A stretch of 64,000 bases of DNA from Podarcis pityusensis (lineage: Eukaryota). The notes under the pieces are model-generated. The model was not told the DNA's origin, searched no databases, and worked only from the letters and a program-made list of their open reading frames with translations. This document shows positions 21,265-35,333 of this stretch, in pieces. The position numbers and the translations under genes were made by a program. How positions within the stretch are numbered: the stretch's first letter is position 1; each line of letters opens with the position of its first letter. The stretch is from assembly GCA_964106645.2 (NCBI GenBank), contig OZ067038.1. One strand, given 5' to 3'.

Positions 21265-24200
21265 AATCACATTAATTGCTTGCAGAATTGAAGCATTAGA
21301 TGACAAAACTCCAGAGCTATTCAGATTTGAAATTGTTTCCCAGTTACGACACCACATTGAATGTTGCCATATTTGACAACCTTTTTGAATCACTAGCCAG
21401 TTCAGGTTAGGAAAGGGCACTATTCTCTCTCTCCCCACTTACATGCATACATACACAATATACTTAAAGGGAGAGGTTCATAAAAGAACCAATTATTAAA
21501 GATTGAAGTGCTGAGAATGGATTTCCAAGCAAATGAAAAAGGAATGCCATGGAAACCCCACTTTTATGATTCTTCTTTAGATTTATAATTGAAAACACAT
21601 GGCTGGCCATCTGGCTATCCAAGAATCAAAGGATTTGCACTTAACAGTAATTTACTTGCCCTGAGACTTGTATGATCCCTACATGTGTTTTCTCCTCATC
21701 TTTAATATGTGTGGTCTTCACATGCAAAATGCAACAACTGAAACACTATCCAGACAGTTTACGGTGGCTGATTACAGAGCAGAACCAAGCGGCAATTTCC
21801 TCGAGTGGTATTTGGAAAATTCTCAGTGCCGGGTTTTATTTTCTGTTTGGATTTCTCATCCCCTCAGATAAATATTGGAACCGGCTTTGAGTAAATAATA
21901 CCTTGGCACTGGTAATACAATTCACTACAGCCATTTAAGACCTGCTATTCTGTGATGACTACACTTCAGAGCAGAAAGTGGTAAATCAGGAAGTAACATT
22001 GAATCCAGCCCCCCCCCCCCCTTTATGATATACAGTCATAAAAGAAGTCTTATAGCAATTAAAGGAAACATGAGGTTGTTCTCCCCTCATGTGATTACAA
22101 TTGCAGGAGGAGAGAGTGGGGCTGCCCCCCACAAACTGGCGCAGGGCAGAAAGATCTGAAGTGCATGCGCACAGGAGCCCTACCGGTTGGAGGGGATTGG
22201 CTACAGGGTTGAGAATCCTGCACAACTAGAGTTCTGCAATGCTGTCAGGATCCTACGTGTGCAAGAGGCTCTCCATTTCTGCCTTTCCACATCAACAAGT
22301 GGATGAGGGTGACAGGCCAACCAAGACACAAAAGTTGGGTGGGACCACTGAGCCCGGCCCCTTTCCTCCCTCGTGGGGTAACAGTCACGTTTCACTCTTC
22401 TGTTGTAAGGACATGGCTTCTCTCATAAATCAGTTAACTGCCATAACCATTTAGGCTGTGTTTGGCTGGATGGGTTAGAAGCTGTGGAAGCCTGTTCTAC
22501 TGTTCCACTGTAATACTTTTTTGGTAAAGGATCACTGTTTTCTCCAGATAAATGGTGCATTGATAATGCAATTTAAATTGGATGACCGGAATGTAAGCAC
22601 ATTCAGGTAACATTGACCTGGCCGTCATTGTGTTGTTCTTGAGGATTCTGTACTCCACTTGCCATCCATCAGGAAAACTCAGCCTTCTGGAGCCTGTCTT
22701 AGTGGCCGTGTTCACACCACTGAACTGACTGGTCCTTTTTAATTTTATGATGGGTTACAACATTTTATTTTTTATTTCAACAGTCTCAGACTTCTTGTCT
22801 GATCATTCTGGGTTTGCAGCACATGACAGATTGCATTGTATTTGCTCTTTTGTGGATTTCTTTGGGGGAGATTTGCTTTAATTCTTTTTTAAGCTGCTTT
22901 TTGCCATCATTTTACAACAATAAATTTGGGGAACAAATGGAATAAATAAACACAAGCTTTCAAAAACCTCCACCCCCCTGCTGGGCTACTCATATTTAAT
23001 GCCCTCTTTTATCCCAGGAACGTAACATTGCTAACACTTTACAACTTAATAATAGTAATATCATTCTTATGAGTGCAGATGAGAAATATGAGAAGAATTA
23101 TTCTTAAATGCCCCCAAGGCATGTCTTTGAGAAGGCCATATATTTGTACAAACAAGAGAGAACAAATAAAACTGCTTCACTCAGTTCTTTGGGGAAACAT
23201 TTGGTTCCTGCAAGTTTCATTTTATTACTGACACTTCTTATTCTTTCACTTTATCAAAGGACAGAAATGGATTTTTGCTCACCAGGGCCATTTGGAGCGC
23301 TCCTTGATACATCCTTTGAGTTATTTACTTACCATCATGGAGAACTTCATGAAATGCACTAGTTCATTTCCTCAAGGTCCCTCAGGGGATGGATGCTACA
23401 TGTTCAGTCCGTAATGTAAACAGGTATTTAATTACACATTTTATACAATAAAATCTCCACATCTCAAATTCACAGGTCAAGACACAAGTAGGACATTCAA
23501 TCCAAAAACTTCACAGTGGAGGAGGGCAGATAGCAGGCTTATACAAACAAAGGCTGCAATCTTGCATGTGTATCTAAGTGCAGGAATCCAGCAAAAAATT
23601 ACACTCCTATACAGATTTACATAAAAGTAAATCCCTCTGAAATCAGTGAGACATTTAGAGAGAAGCGTGAGATTATCAGAGCAAGCCCATGCATATTTGT
23701 TCAGAAGTGCCACAGTGTTGAATGGGATTTACTCCCTAGTAAATTCCTTTGGGATTGCAGCCTAAAGTGATTATTTGAACAAGAAATACATTCAGATGAT
23801 AACCCATAGAGCTCTTAAGTTGTAGGAGTTGCTCAAAAACAAAATCTGCTGTGGAAATTTAATTTTCAAAACATATGTCACAATTTGTCAACCATTTTAC
23901 GTTTCAGTGGGGTGGGTGCAGGGAGGACTTCATTACAGGAGGCAAGTTTCAATGCAAGAGGCAGTTCATTTGGGGAACACATTCTGTTATTACTTTTCCT
24001 AAGTACTAGGAACTGTTGGGGGGGCGGGTTGGCAACCCTCCCTTATAGGTGACATTACCTTTTCCAGCAAAACGTAAAATATATTTTTCTCTGAATTCCA
24101 CAAATCAGTTATCCCTCACTGTGAAGGACCATGCTCTGGGAGTGTAAAAGTGGCCTCAAAAGGCACTGCTGAGCCCTCAGAATTTTGCTGGCTAGGTGCA

Positions 24201-25533
24201 TTTGGGTAAACCACAGCAGGCCTAAGACATTTTGGCACCAGAGGCAAACCACAAAATGGTGCCACCCTCTCCGCAAGGGGAGAAGAGGAGAGTGATGATC
24301 TACAACAATAACAAGGGGGAAATAAAAATCTACATGAGGACCCGCTGCCCTGTGGATCCTGCTGCCCAAGGCAGTTGCCTCACTATGCCTCATGGGTGGG
24401 GCGGCCCTAGACTGAACAAAAGGAAGGGGCTCCCTGACCTACAACATGTGTTTTCAGGGTTTCCAGTGCTGAGTCTGAGCTCTCTTAGATCCAAAGTGTA
24501 TGTAGGGAGGAGATTCTTGTAACTGGCCCACTGGCTTGAAGTGGGAGCCCAATGGCAGTCTAATCTCCTTACATGAGGCAGGGTGCCTTCTGTTTCTGTT
24601 TTTGAGCTGCCATCCTTGCTTTCTCATTCTCTCCTTTCTGTTGTCTTCTGCACACTTTGTGGCTCATCTGGCCAGGCCTGGCTCTCCCCTCCCCACTTCT
24701 CCATGAGAAGGACCTCAAGATCCTCTTTGGTGGGGGCTTGGGAGGTTATATAGTGGCACTGAGGCACTTCTGGCCCAGCCAGTCATAGCCTCATAGCGAT
24801 AGGAAGGGCAACAGTGGTGCAGCTCTTCTGTGATGTTCTCCTTTCTGCCTTTTATGTTTTATTTCTTCTGCTTAAGGTGGCCGTATGTCCTACTTTATAG
24901 AGGACAATCCTCTGTTTGAAGGAGTCTTCTGTCTGAAGCAATGTCTGGTCCAAGTCTGGTTTAAAGATAAAGAACAACTGGAAGGGAGAGCAGAGGCTGC
25001 CTATCAGCACATAAATCTGCATGCAAATTTTACACACATCTAAGTTTTCCAGAACATCTAAGTTTTCCAGAACAAAGTAATTAAATTGATGGGAGAGAAG
25101 GGTGGGACAAAGGCTTTGGCAGCATATGATGGAAAGAGAGGGAGGAAAGGAGAAGGGATTTGATTTCTTCTCTGGCTTGGATTAAAATCTGAGATGAGAA
25201 AGAACTTTTGGGATTCTGATAGTATAATACTTGTCACAAGCAACAGGAGCCACCAAGATTCAAATTTACAGGCTAGGAAATATGAAACTTGAGGACATCA
25301 TTTAGAAAACTCCTGTTTCTCCCCGCCATCTTTGCCAGTTCGAGTTATTCATCATAAGAGCCTGCCATTCTATGATGACAGGGAAAGTAAGAGGGCTCTC
25401 AAGCCAGAAAGTCTACAAAGAATGGAAGATATTCAAAGATTACCTAAAAACATATTGTTCAAATAACAATCTCCTTGCAGAACTAAACTGATCTTTGTAA
25501 AATACAATGTGTAAATGTTAATTTAGTAGAGTA

Positions 25534-25881
25534 CAGTGGTGCCTCGCAAGACGAAATTAATCCGTTCCGCGAGTGTCTTCGTCTAGCGGTTTTTTCGTCT
25601 TGTGAAGCAACCCTATTAGCGGCTTAGCGGATTAGCGCTATTAGCGGTTTAGCGGCTATTAAAGGCTTATCGGCTTATCGGCTTAGCTGCTAAAAGGCTA
25701 TTAGCGGCTTAGTGCCTTCGAAAAAGGGGGGGGGAGCGGAAAAAAAATCTCGCAAGACATTTTTGTCTTGCGAAGCAAGCCCATAGGGAAATTCGTCCTG
25801 CGAAGCAACTCAAAAATGGAAAACCCTTTCGTCTAGCGGGTTTTCCGTCTTGCGAGGCATTCGTCTTGCGGGGCACCACTG
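25534..25881. mobile_element. Tigger-like MITE (family of 14609-14963, opposite orientation) with an internal TTAGCGGC array
   Basis: TA TSD; TIRs cagtggtgcctcgcaagacgaa / ttcgtcttgcggggcaccactg. Confidence 0.92.
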
Positions 25882-26092
25882 TACATGAAAACAAATCAGG
25901 GTAATAGGAGGCTGTGCGTTAAATGTAAATAACAATAAAAGTACAATAAGAAGAACTGGAAGTCTTTTATTAAGAAATTCAATGAATGATTGTATAATAA
26001 TGCAAATTCTTTTTTTGGGTATGTTTTCTTTCTTCCTTTTTCTATTTTCGTCTTAATCTTTTCTTTTTTATCTCAATGTATGTATATATAGA

Positions 26093-26447
26093 GGGACGCG
26101 GGTGGCGCTGTGGGTTAAACCACAGAGCCTAGGACTTGCCGATCAGAAGGTCGCAGTTTGAATCCCCGTGATGGGGTGAGCACCCGTTGCTCAGTCCCTG
26201 CTCCTGCCAACCTAGCAGTTCGAAAGCATGTCAAAGTGCAAGTAGATAAATACGTACCGCTCTGGCGGGAAGGTAAGCGGCGTTTCCGTGCACTGCTCTG
26301 GTTCGCTAGAAGCGGCTTAGTCATGCTGGCCACATGACCCGGAAGCTGTACGCCGGCTCCGTTGGCCAATAAAGCAAGATGAGCACCGCAACCCCAGAGT
26401 CATCCGCGACTGGACCTAATGGTCAGGGGTCCCTTTACCTTTACCTT
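26093..26447 (+). mobile_element. Full-length Sauria SINE inserted in a (TA)n tract
   Basis: Near-identical to 9745-10100. Confidence 0.95.
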
Positions 26448-26644
26448 ATATATATATATATATTTGTATTTTAATTCAATAAAGATGATTAAAAAAGAAA
26501 AAAAAAAGAAAACTCCTGTTTCTCAAAATCTGTTTTTGTCCAGCAAAATCTTAAAAAAACTGTATTATGTTACAAATTTTGTGTTCTTACATTGTAACCC
26601 ACTCTGTGATTCTTGGATGAAGGGCGGTATATACAGTAAATCAA

Positions 26645-26672
26645 ATGAATGAATGAATGAATGAATGAATGA
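26645..26672. repeat. (GAAT)n microsatellite
   Basis: Seen directly. Confidence 0.9.
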
Positions 26673-28769
26673 GCAACTTGGCGAAACCTAAATTCTGATT
26701 TCTACATTTCGGTGTCACACATAACAGCTCATTCTGCCAGTTTCCGCATTAAAGAAAAGAAAGTCAAATGTTTGCAGTAACAAGAGCCCAGATCCCTTTT
26801 AAGTGTCATAATCTCCAAGGCTGCATGACATATGAAATTTGGCAGGTGATAGTATCAGAAGTACCATATATTTGCTGAGAAAAGCCTCCAGTGGTGAAAT
26901 ACTGCATGCAGGGAAAGAGGCGTGCATCTGAGCAGGAGGAATGTGTAAGGAGAAGGAATCTGTGGAATGCGAACCTCTGTTGCTGCAACTGTTTTTCTTA
27001 ACTTAAGTGAAGAAGTGAAAGGTAGATAAGCAAAGCAGTGTGAAACTAAGGCTGTAATCCAGTGATGCTTACATGATTTTGCTACCCCTCTGGAAATGGT
27101 TGCTTCAAAGTAAGCCCCATTGAACAAAGGGGGCTTCTGAGCAAGCATGCATGCATGGGAATAGACTCTTCACTGTCTTTTGGGTCGTTCTTGAACTATA
27201 TATCCTTCTGGACTGGAGTGTGAGGTGGAAGAAGAATTACTTGTTGATGAGTTCTAAACTGAATTTACACATGTTTCCGAAGAAGAAGGTCCACTTTGGT
27301 TTCCTTACTTTCAGGTCAGTGTGCACAGAATTGCAGCTTTAGAGCTGGGCTGGTTTTTAGGGGACCAGTTTTCTAGCTTTGTCTGCAATACTACATCCAT
27401 TCAAACATGCTGCTTCTCAGATTGTATATGCCAACTTTATATTTGAGGAAACGTAATTGACTGTGCCAGCCTTTGCCAGCCTAATGCCCTGCAGATGTTT
27501 TGGAGAACAACTTGGCTGGATCTGGCGGGGTTGTCATCTAAAACACCTGGAAGCACCAGATTGGCTAGGCTGGCTTATTCCTTTTCTCTAACCCACTGAT
27601 TATTTCCATATGCATATTGGAGGCAAGGGAAAGGACCTCCATCCCATCTAGCTATCATATACGTGTATACTTACAGCAGGCTTTCTCCTTTTGCAAAAGT
27701 AATATTTACACAGTGTGGGGAAGAACTAGACGTGGCCATCCATTTTCTCTCCCCAAAGGGTGCATTCAGCTGAGCTAGCAGCTCTTTGTCACAAATCACG
27801 GCGCCCCTTGGGATGGGAAATAACGCTTTTATTGCATTCAAAACTTGAAGATCAGCTTGTAAACTCTCAGCACACCCCCCACAGCATATTCTGGGTATGC
27901 CCTAAAGCTGCAATTCTATGCACGTTTACCTGAGAATAAGTGCACAGGGTCAATTTGCACACCTGTTTAACTCCATTATAGACGACTTTCATTTTTATGT
28001 CTTCGATTTGCATTTCTATAAGGCTGATTCCAGATGAAAGGCCCTGTCTGCTGCGACGAGTCTGCTTTCCTCTATTGTGCTACAGGCATTGTTGTAATAC
28101 ACTCATTTTTATATTATGAGAATGCATTCAACCACCGCCATACCCTCTAACATTCCTTAGATGAAAATAGGAACATTTCTCACTCCCCTGCAACTGACCC
28201 TCCTCGACCCCCATTTTGTTGTACCCCTCCCTTCCCCCTGAGCATTTCCTATCAGAAGAAGAGCAAGTGGGACACAGCATCCTGAGAAAACCCCTTAATC
28301 CTGATCTTATTTTACAAAACCAAAAAACCCCACACCAATAAATAAATTTGAGAAAGGTCAAGATTAGACGCGGACACACATAGCATTATTTTTTTAAAAC
28401 ACACACTCCACTCTGCTGTGTCTTTCTTCCCACCCAGGGTGGCCCTGCCCTCTGCCTGCCCCTCAGAGATGGTGTGTCACATGGGGCCAAGCCCCGGTGG
28501 CCGCAGCCTCTCCTCCTCCTCCCCCTCTCTCTGGCACAGTTCCCTCACAGTTCCCTCACAGTTGAAGCCACCGTCACTTGGGACAAGTGCTTGCTCATCC
28601 TCCTCCCTGAGCTTGGTGGCAGTGGCACTGACAAGGGAAATTGGGGCATTCTGGGATCAAATTGGAAACCTGGATGGCTTTCGTAATTCCAGGGCTGTGC
28701 CTGGAAAATTGGGGCACTTGGAGGGTAGGGCTCTATTTCCCTGTAACATCTGAATCAGGAGAGGCCTGG

Positions 28770-29720
28770 GCTTGGTGGTGGGCTGGATGAACTCCAGTAA
28801 ACTGCCTCTGAATCCTGACAAGATGGAGGCACTGTGCCTAAGTGGTTCCCAAGTCTAGATGGGTCCGTTGCCTTTTGGGATAGGGTGATACTTCCCCTAA
28901 AGGAGCAGGTTAATAGTCTGCGGTTACTCCTGGGCCCATCATCTGAAGTGACCTCTGGTGGCCAGAAGGCCTTTGTAACAGCTTTGGCTGGTTATAGAGT
29001 TACAGCATTTCTGGGTCAGGATAGGCTGGTCACTTTCACCCATGAGCTGGCACAGCTTGCATACCTGTATGTGCCCTTGAGGCTGCCCTAGAAGTGGCAG
29101 CTAGTGCAGAATGTGGGAGCTGGACTGCTCAGTGGGGCAGAATATCACCACCATATTTTCCTGCTACTGAACGAATTGCATTGGCTGCCAGTCAACGAAC
29201 TGGATTTGGCATACACAGCTTGAGACCAGGATACCTAAAATATCATCTCCTCCCCTACATACCCAACTGATGACCACAGTGTTCTGCAGGAGGGAACATC
29301 TTGCAGATACTGCTCTATCAGCAGGTTCCTTCTGCATGAATGGGACTTCCGTGTGTTGGAATCAGGCCTTTAGGATGGAGGAACCTACCCTTAGGAAGTC
29401 CCTCCCGTTGCTTACCAGACAGGCACCTTCTTTTCAGTGTGTGCTAAAGATGTTCCTCTTTTAACAAGCCTTCTAAAATCTTTATCTTAGTTGGTATCTC
29501 TCTTGGAGTGGAATTGATTTTATATATGTGCTGCTGTTGTTTTAAAGTGTTTTTAGGTGTGTGTGTAATTTTGCTTTTATATATGCAATTGTTTTAGCTG
29601 TTTTCATATACTGTAAATAACCACTGTGTATGTAAACTGCTTTATATCTTGCATTGCTTTGGGATGCCTCAAAGGAAGCAATGCATGCAGGAACAAAAGA
29701 ATAAATAACTTCAAATTTAA
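28770..29720 (+). mobile_element. Old, degenerate L2 3' fragment
   Basis: ctgaatcctgacaagatggag, cccctaaaggagcaggt, gcagaatg and ttgcattggctgcc parallel 6689-7108 of the young L2. Confidence 0.75.
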
Positions 29721-31032
29721 AAAAATATGCTTTTATGTATTGGCGAGTCATTCAAAATGGCAAGGGAGAGAAATACGATGCCTTATATTGATGTCAATAT
29801 ATCATCCAATAAGTGCCTGTGATATCACTTCTGATATGGGGAAGGGGAGGTATGTCACACTCACCATTACTAGGAGCAAGAATTGCTGCTTTTTAGGAAC
29901 TTTTGTTGAGCACATGGAAGCTGCTTTCTGCTGAGGTCTTTCCCAGCTTTGCTAACTGGAGATGCAAAGTCCTCAGTTTGAACTTGGAGAAAGCATGCGC
30001 TTCCACAGTGACCTGGGATCCCTCCCTGGTTTTGTTACACATCAATGATGAATCCCCTACTCTGGAAACACATTCTGGGGCCATGTTACCTGACTGGTTC
30101 AGCCACAGATCAACAGTTATTCTGTCTCAAATGCAGTATCTGGTTAAGGCATAAATAACATTTCCTGAACTTTCCTTGCACACTTTTGTCTCTTATGCTT
30201 AGTGTCATGACCCAGGTAACTCACATGCAAGAGGGTCTGATATCAATTCACATGTGTATCCCAGGCCAGTGCTTGGAAACAATGCCTGTATTAGAATTAG
30301 TTTACCTGCCAACAAAATCTGTAGGCAACCCATGATTACATGCTGTTCCTGTTTCTTGCCTTCCTTTCATCAAGCTGCTAAATCACAACGATGGAAATAG
30401 ATTCATCACTGTCCTGGTATTAATTTTCCACATGAGCAACTGCTGCAGTTGTCACAGAGCTGCTACTGATCACCAATTGCAGGGGAGGTGTCCGAGTGAC
30501 AACCTATCAACACTTTGACCACCACACAGAAAGATTTGCATGATGCCCACAAGGAGTCAAGGCCACCTATCTAGATGCTTCCAGGTTCGTCTAAATTAAA
30601 TCCCTTCTTTATAAGCAATTTATTTATGCTTCTGGGACTTTATTAAATCTTTCATACTTTGACTTATATCTTTGCCTGAAAGGTTCTATTTATCTTTCCG
30701 TTTTCTTCTGTAGTTACCTTCCAATTAAAATAAAAGAAAACCAAACCAACCAGTGGGAAATCTGGGCTCTCTTACTCCAGTACCACTGTTTATGATTTCC
30801 AGTCATCAAACTTCTTCTACTGAAGTCTCACCCCCCACCCCCACCCCTAAAAAAGGAAAGCTTTGATATTTGCAGAAAATTCAAACTTTACTTATGGTTT
30901 AAAAATACATGTGTTGAATTTTTCTGTGCACTGTAAAAATGCACATTGAAAAATTAATTCAATTATTGCAATTTTAGATGTAGAAGGAAGCTGTAACTCT
31001 GGCACAGAATATAGAAAAGAGTGAACAGTGTG

Positions 31033-31075
31033 TCTATTCTATTCTATTCTATTCTATTCTATTCTATTCTATTCT
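31033..31075. repeat. (CTATT)n microsatellite
   Basis: Seen directly. Confidence 0.95.
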
Positions 31076-31101
31076 TCACACATGCACACACAAACAGAAT
31101 A

Positions 31102-31322
31102 CAGTGGTACCTCGGGTTACATACGCTTCAGGTTACATACGCTTCAGGTTACAGACTCTGCTAACCCAGAAATATTACCTCGGGTTAAGAACTTTGCTTC
31201 AGGATGAGAACAGAAATCGTGTGGCGGCAGCGGGAGGCCCCATTAGCTAAAGTGGTGCTTCAGGTTAAGAACAGTTTCAGGACCTCCGGAACAAATTAAG
31301 TTCTTAACCTGAGGTACCACTG
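31102..31322. mobile_element. Tigger-like MITE
   Basis: TA TSD; TIRs cagtggtacctcgggtta / taacctgaggtaccactg. Confidence 0.92.
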
Positions 31323-34300
31323 TAATAATAATAAATAATAAAGTTGTGCAAAACTCTAGGAGTCCTCGCCCCACAACACACACAGCTTAATTCCATGCTA
31401 GCTTTTTAAAGGGGGACATTGATTTCATTTTTGGACAATGCTTTGGTATGATACTGGCTCCAAGGGCAAATAATTCTGTGGGCCAGGGGTGAAGACTGCC
31501 ACATTATGAATGAATCCATACAGCCATCCCTCACCTCCATGAATTGTTTCAAAAGACGCTCAAAATTCTGTTTGCTGAAAGCCTAGTGGCATCATGATGC
31601 CCTGAAAGCAGTTTTCATGCGGATCTGTGACAGTGGCAATAAAAGCCACTTTCTAAAGAGGGAAATGTTTATCCACCTATCATATTCTGACTGGTCTGTT
31701 CTTGTCCTCAGGTGAGGTAGTGAGGAAGCTGCCCAGCTCTCTGCTTTGAAGATAATCAGAGGATACAGCAGTCTCTTAGATACAAGGAGTCAAAGCCATT
31801 TTGGTAGCTAGCCTCTTTTTTATTACTACAGCTAGAATAAGGGTTTAAATATTCTCAATGACAAGACCAAAGAATGAAACTTGGCACAAGCATTTGTTTA
31901 GGCGTTTAAAGTAATATTAGAAGAGGCCTTCAGGGCCTCAAAGGCTTAACACAGATTTTCAATCAAATGTAGTGAGAGAATTACAATAAAGATGGATAAT
32001 ACCAGGATCTTTGCCAATACCACAGTCAGACACAGGAGGAAATTGAAGAATGCTGATAACACGGCTGTGGAATGAGCCTTGAGCTGTTGTGTTCATGGAT
32101 AAAGGATTGTGGTTGTTGCTCGCTAGAGATTCTTCTGGGAAGAGGATGCCCTGCCTGTCATGTTCAGGCACCGGCAACTGGCGTATACAGGGCTCCAGTA
32201 GCTCCAAGATATACACACTCTGTGTTGATGATGAATCGGAGGATAATCAGTGCAGGACTGCAGCTTCCCCCCCCCCCCCCCGCATGCAACCTCCACACAT
32301 TGGTTGGCATTTCTGCACAATGCAAAGAAATGTGCAAAGTCCATGTGCAAAAGTCTTTCTGCAACGATCGGCTGCTGTGTGTGTGTATGTTTCTGCAGGC
32401 TGCAGATTGCACATTCAGCTCATACATGCCTAAACTTTAGCAGAAGAACCAAGTGGCATGTGGATGTTATGAGCAAGTCAGTGATCCTATTTCTCTCCCT
32501 CCATGACTTTTTTTTATCCTCATAAACATGGAGGAATTGAGCGACAAATTCAAACTTCTGGGAACCCTGGGAGGAAGGGATCGTGTCCTCATAGGTTTCC
32601 TGACACAAAGGCAAGGGAGCACTGAGTGTAGTTGAATGTATGGCCTTTGGATGCTTCAGTTGAGATTCCTGCATTCCTGAAGGGCCTCTTCCAACTATGG
32701 TTCTATGATCATTTGGTATGTCGTCTGTATAGGTCTAAAGCCTGCAAGGATGACAGTTTGCAAAGAGACTTGCTGGTTCATTGAGCATGAACTCACAGCT
32801 AACTGTTATTTTTAAAGGTGCATCTTAAAGAATAATAAATCACTCGATGGGGAATTAAACTTTTTCCAAATCCACTTTTGATGCTGTTAAAATCCGTTGC
32901 TTGTCTCCAGCGCCCACTAACTGGAACTGAATCCCTGGTCTTTGCCAATTCAGTATTGCCATTTAATAAATTACTAGTTATATGTAGCAATTTCCTTTAA
33001 TTACTGGTTACAGTAATTTCTTAATTAGATATCTGATAGTAGCTTATGATTAATTCAGAATTGGCTATCAGGACTAGCATTCGATTTCTGCAGTGGGGGA
33101 AACAAATCAGGAGAGGTGGAGATTAATCACATCTATTAAATATGAGGTTTGAAAACTGCCACCCGCACATTAGATGCTGTCTTTAAAGCACAAGAAATAC
33201 AATTTCCTCCAGGTGAGCACAAAACAGTATCTCTTTAAAACACGAAGACACCTGTCTGGTTCTCCTCTTCTCTGGCTCTGGGGTTGCCTGTCCTGGTCAA
33301 AAGCCACAGGCTGTGTGTTTCCATAGCCCCCCCCCCCCCGATAGTGCAAGACAAGGCCTGCCAGCATCTTCTGCAAAGCCTTGCAGCTGGGCTGTGTGCC
33401 TCTGCTGAGCAGGCGTGGTGGTGGGTACCCTGTTGGACTTTAACTGGGGAGGAAGTGCCATGTTAGTACAGGCTTGAAATTGCCAAGCCCAATATGCCAA
33501 TACGGTGGGGTATCAAGTATCAAGTGATCTCTATCTCTATCTCTGATGGAATTGCTCACATAATGGCAGAGAAGAGCTTCTGCTCCTCTCGCTATCTGCA
33601 TGGGAGCGGTGCCCACACTGTGCCAAGCTCCTTCCAACCTTGTTCCCTCCCCTCTCAGTAAATAGGAGGCAGGAGAACAAAGCAGCCTCACCTGCTAGGC
33701 CTGCTGGCCCTCCCACTGCCTGCTATGGACAGGGCCATTACGAAAAACGTCCTGGGTGTCCTCACGCCACCCAACCTCTAGGACCCATTTCCTGTCACTT
33801 CTGGCAACGCACACGAGCTCCGAGGCATCGCCACGCAGCCACCTCTTTGCTTTTCCCTGGAAAAAGGTTTTCCTTTTCTTGTGAAAATAGCAAAAGGATA
33901 TAGGAAACATGCATTTAAAAGTGATAGCTCTCAAATGGTCTTATCTTAATATGAAGCATTTCCAACACGTTACCTCATCTCAATATGAACTTCATGTAAC
34001 TTGCCATACGTAAATGTTGTTTCTCACATTCCTAACATTGCAAGAGAGAGGCTCTCTGCCTCCTCACTCTGCACCCTAAAGCCACTAATATGCAAGTTAT
34101 TTCTTCTCTTCTTACTCTCCGCAACCACCAATCTCACATCATTATCCTCTCGCTTTACATGAGACACTTGTGCAGCTCACTCCAATTCACCATTACGTGA
34201 TCTAGCAATGGCCCCAGTGGGGGCAATGGGGACAAGGAGCACTGCAGGGGAGAAGAGGCATGAAGGATCACTTCACGTAGTTGTGCCACCCCCTGCCCCC

Positions 34301-34760
34301 ACCCCCAGGGAAGCCTGAAAAGGTAGATTTCTCCATCAGAGTCATTATCCGCAGTGCAGATAATCCCACAATGCCTAGATAAAATAATACTTGCCCACAC
34401 TGGGCAAATATCCCAGAGGCGGTGGAATCTGTGGAAGCTCAACAAGCTCAGTTAATTGCAAGAGACGGAAGAACTTCCAGGCTGCAGCTGATTTGGGAAA
34501 TGGAAGGGGCCAAATACCCCAGCAAAGGCCACACATTTCTCCCCCAACACAAGGAACTTCAGATGTGCATATCAAATTAAAGATGCTTATCTGTGCTTAC
34601 CCAAATACATGGACCTTATTTGATAATCTTGATCGTTCTGCATAGCAGAGATATTTTCATTTATATTTTTCATTTATATTTCATTTATATTTTTGACTAG
34701 CAGGAAGTGCCACTACCAAAGAAATACTGTATGGACCATGCAATTTGTGAGTTTATTAGG

Positions 34761-34803
<43 letters not shown>

Positions 34804-34807
34804 CACA
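34761..34807. repeat. Compound (GCAC)n(AC)n microsatellite
   Basis: Seen directly; alternating purine-pyrimidine. Confidence 0.95.
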
Positions 34808-35146
34808 CCAACCCAGGGCTCTCTCCTGACCCAGGGAACACCTGACCCAGCCCCAAAGGATTGTGGGGGAGGTAACCTCCCCAAGTCTGACTCCCCCCCC
34901 CCCCGACAAAGGCTAGTGCCATTGTAGCTCTGCCCTTTCATACACCAAGAAGCAAGGGCTTCCCAAATGCTGCCTGCAGAACAGTGATTTGATTATTTAA
35001 TTTCTATGCCGCTTAATATATTTAAAGTATCTCTAAGTGGTGTATGGAAAACGGAAGCAACAATGGAGAACTAAAACAAAAACATTACAGAAATGCTCAG
35101 TAACATATAAATATGTTACAATAATAAAAGGTAAAAAAGAAAAAGA

Positions 35147-35333
35147 AAAGGTAAAGGACCCCTGGATGGTTAAGTCCAGTCAAAGGTGACTATGGGGTTG
35201 TGGCACTCATCTCGCTTCAGGCCGAGGGATGAGTGTGTTTGTCTACAGACAGCTTTCTGGGTCCTGTGGCCAGCATGACAAAACTGCTTTTGGTGCAACG
35301 GAACACTGTGACCGATTCCAGAGCGCACAGAAA
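35147..35333 (-). mobile_element. Sauria SINE 3' half, older subfamily
   Basis: aaaggtaaaggacccctgga...ctcatctcgctt...gtggccagcatgac. Confidence 0.85.

Larger units (their letters stand above)
25322..26506 (+). mobile_element. L1 3' end with 5' inversion, hosting a MITE and a Sauria SINE
   Basis: ORF2 C-terminus MTGKVRGLSSQKVYKEWKIFKDYLKTYCSNNNLLAELN*; AATAAA plus poly(A); 18-bp TSD AGAAAACTCCTGTTTCTC at 25304-25321 and 26507-26524. Confidence 0.85.

Noticed and set aside
22548-22606. 59-nt micro-exon (ctccAG...CAG/GTAACA; INGALIMQFKLDDRNVSTF)
   Set aside because: Plausible splice sites but no partner exons or recognisable peptide; such matches arise by chance in 64 kb.
25036-25071. Perfect 18-bp tandem duplication ACATCTAAGTTTTCCAGA
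   Set aside because: Ordinary local duplication with no further structure.
31959-32440. Cluster of overlapping ORFs on both strands
   Set aside because: No recognisable homology or consistent exon boundaries; some frames depend on a C homopolymer.
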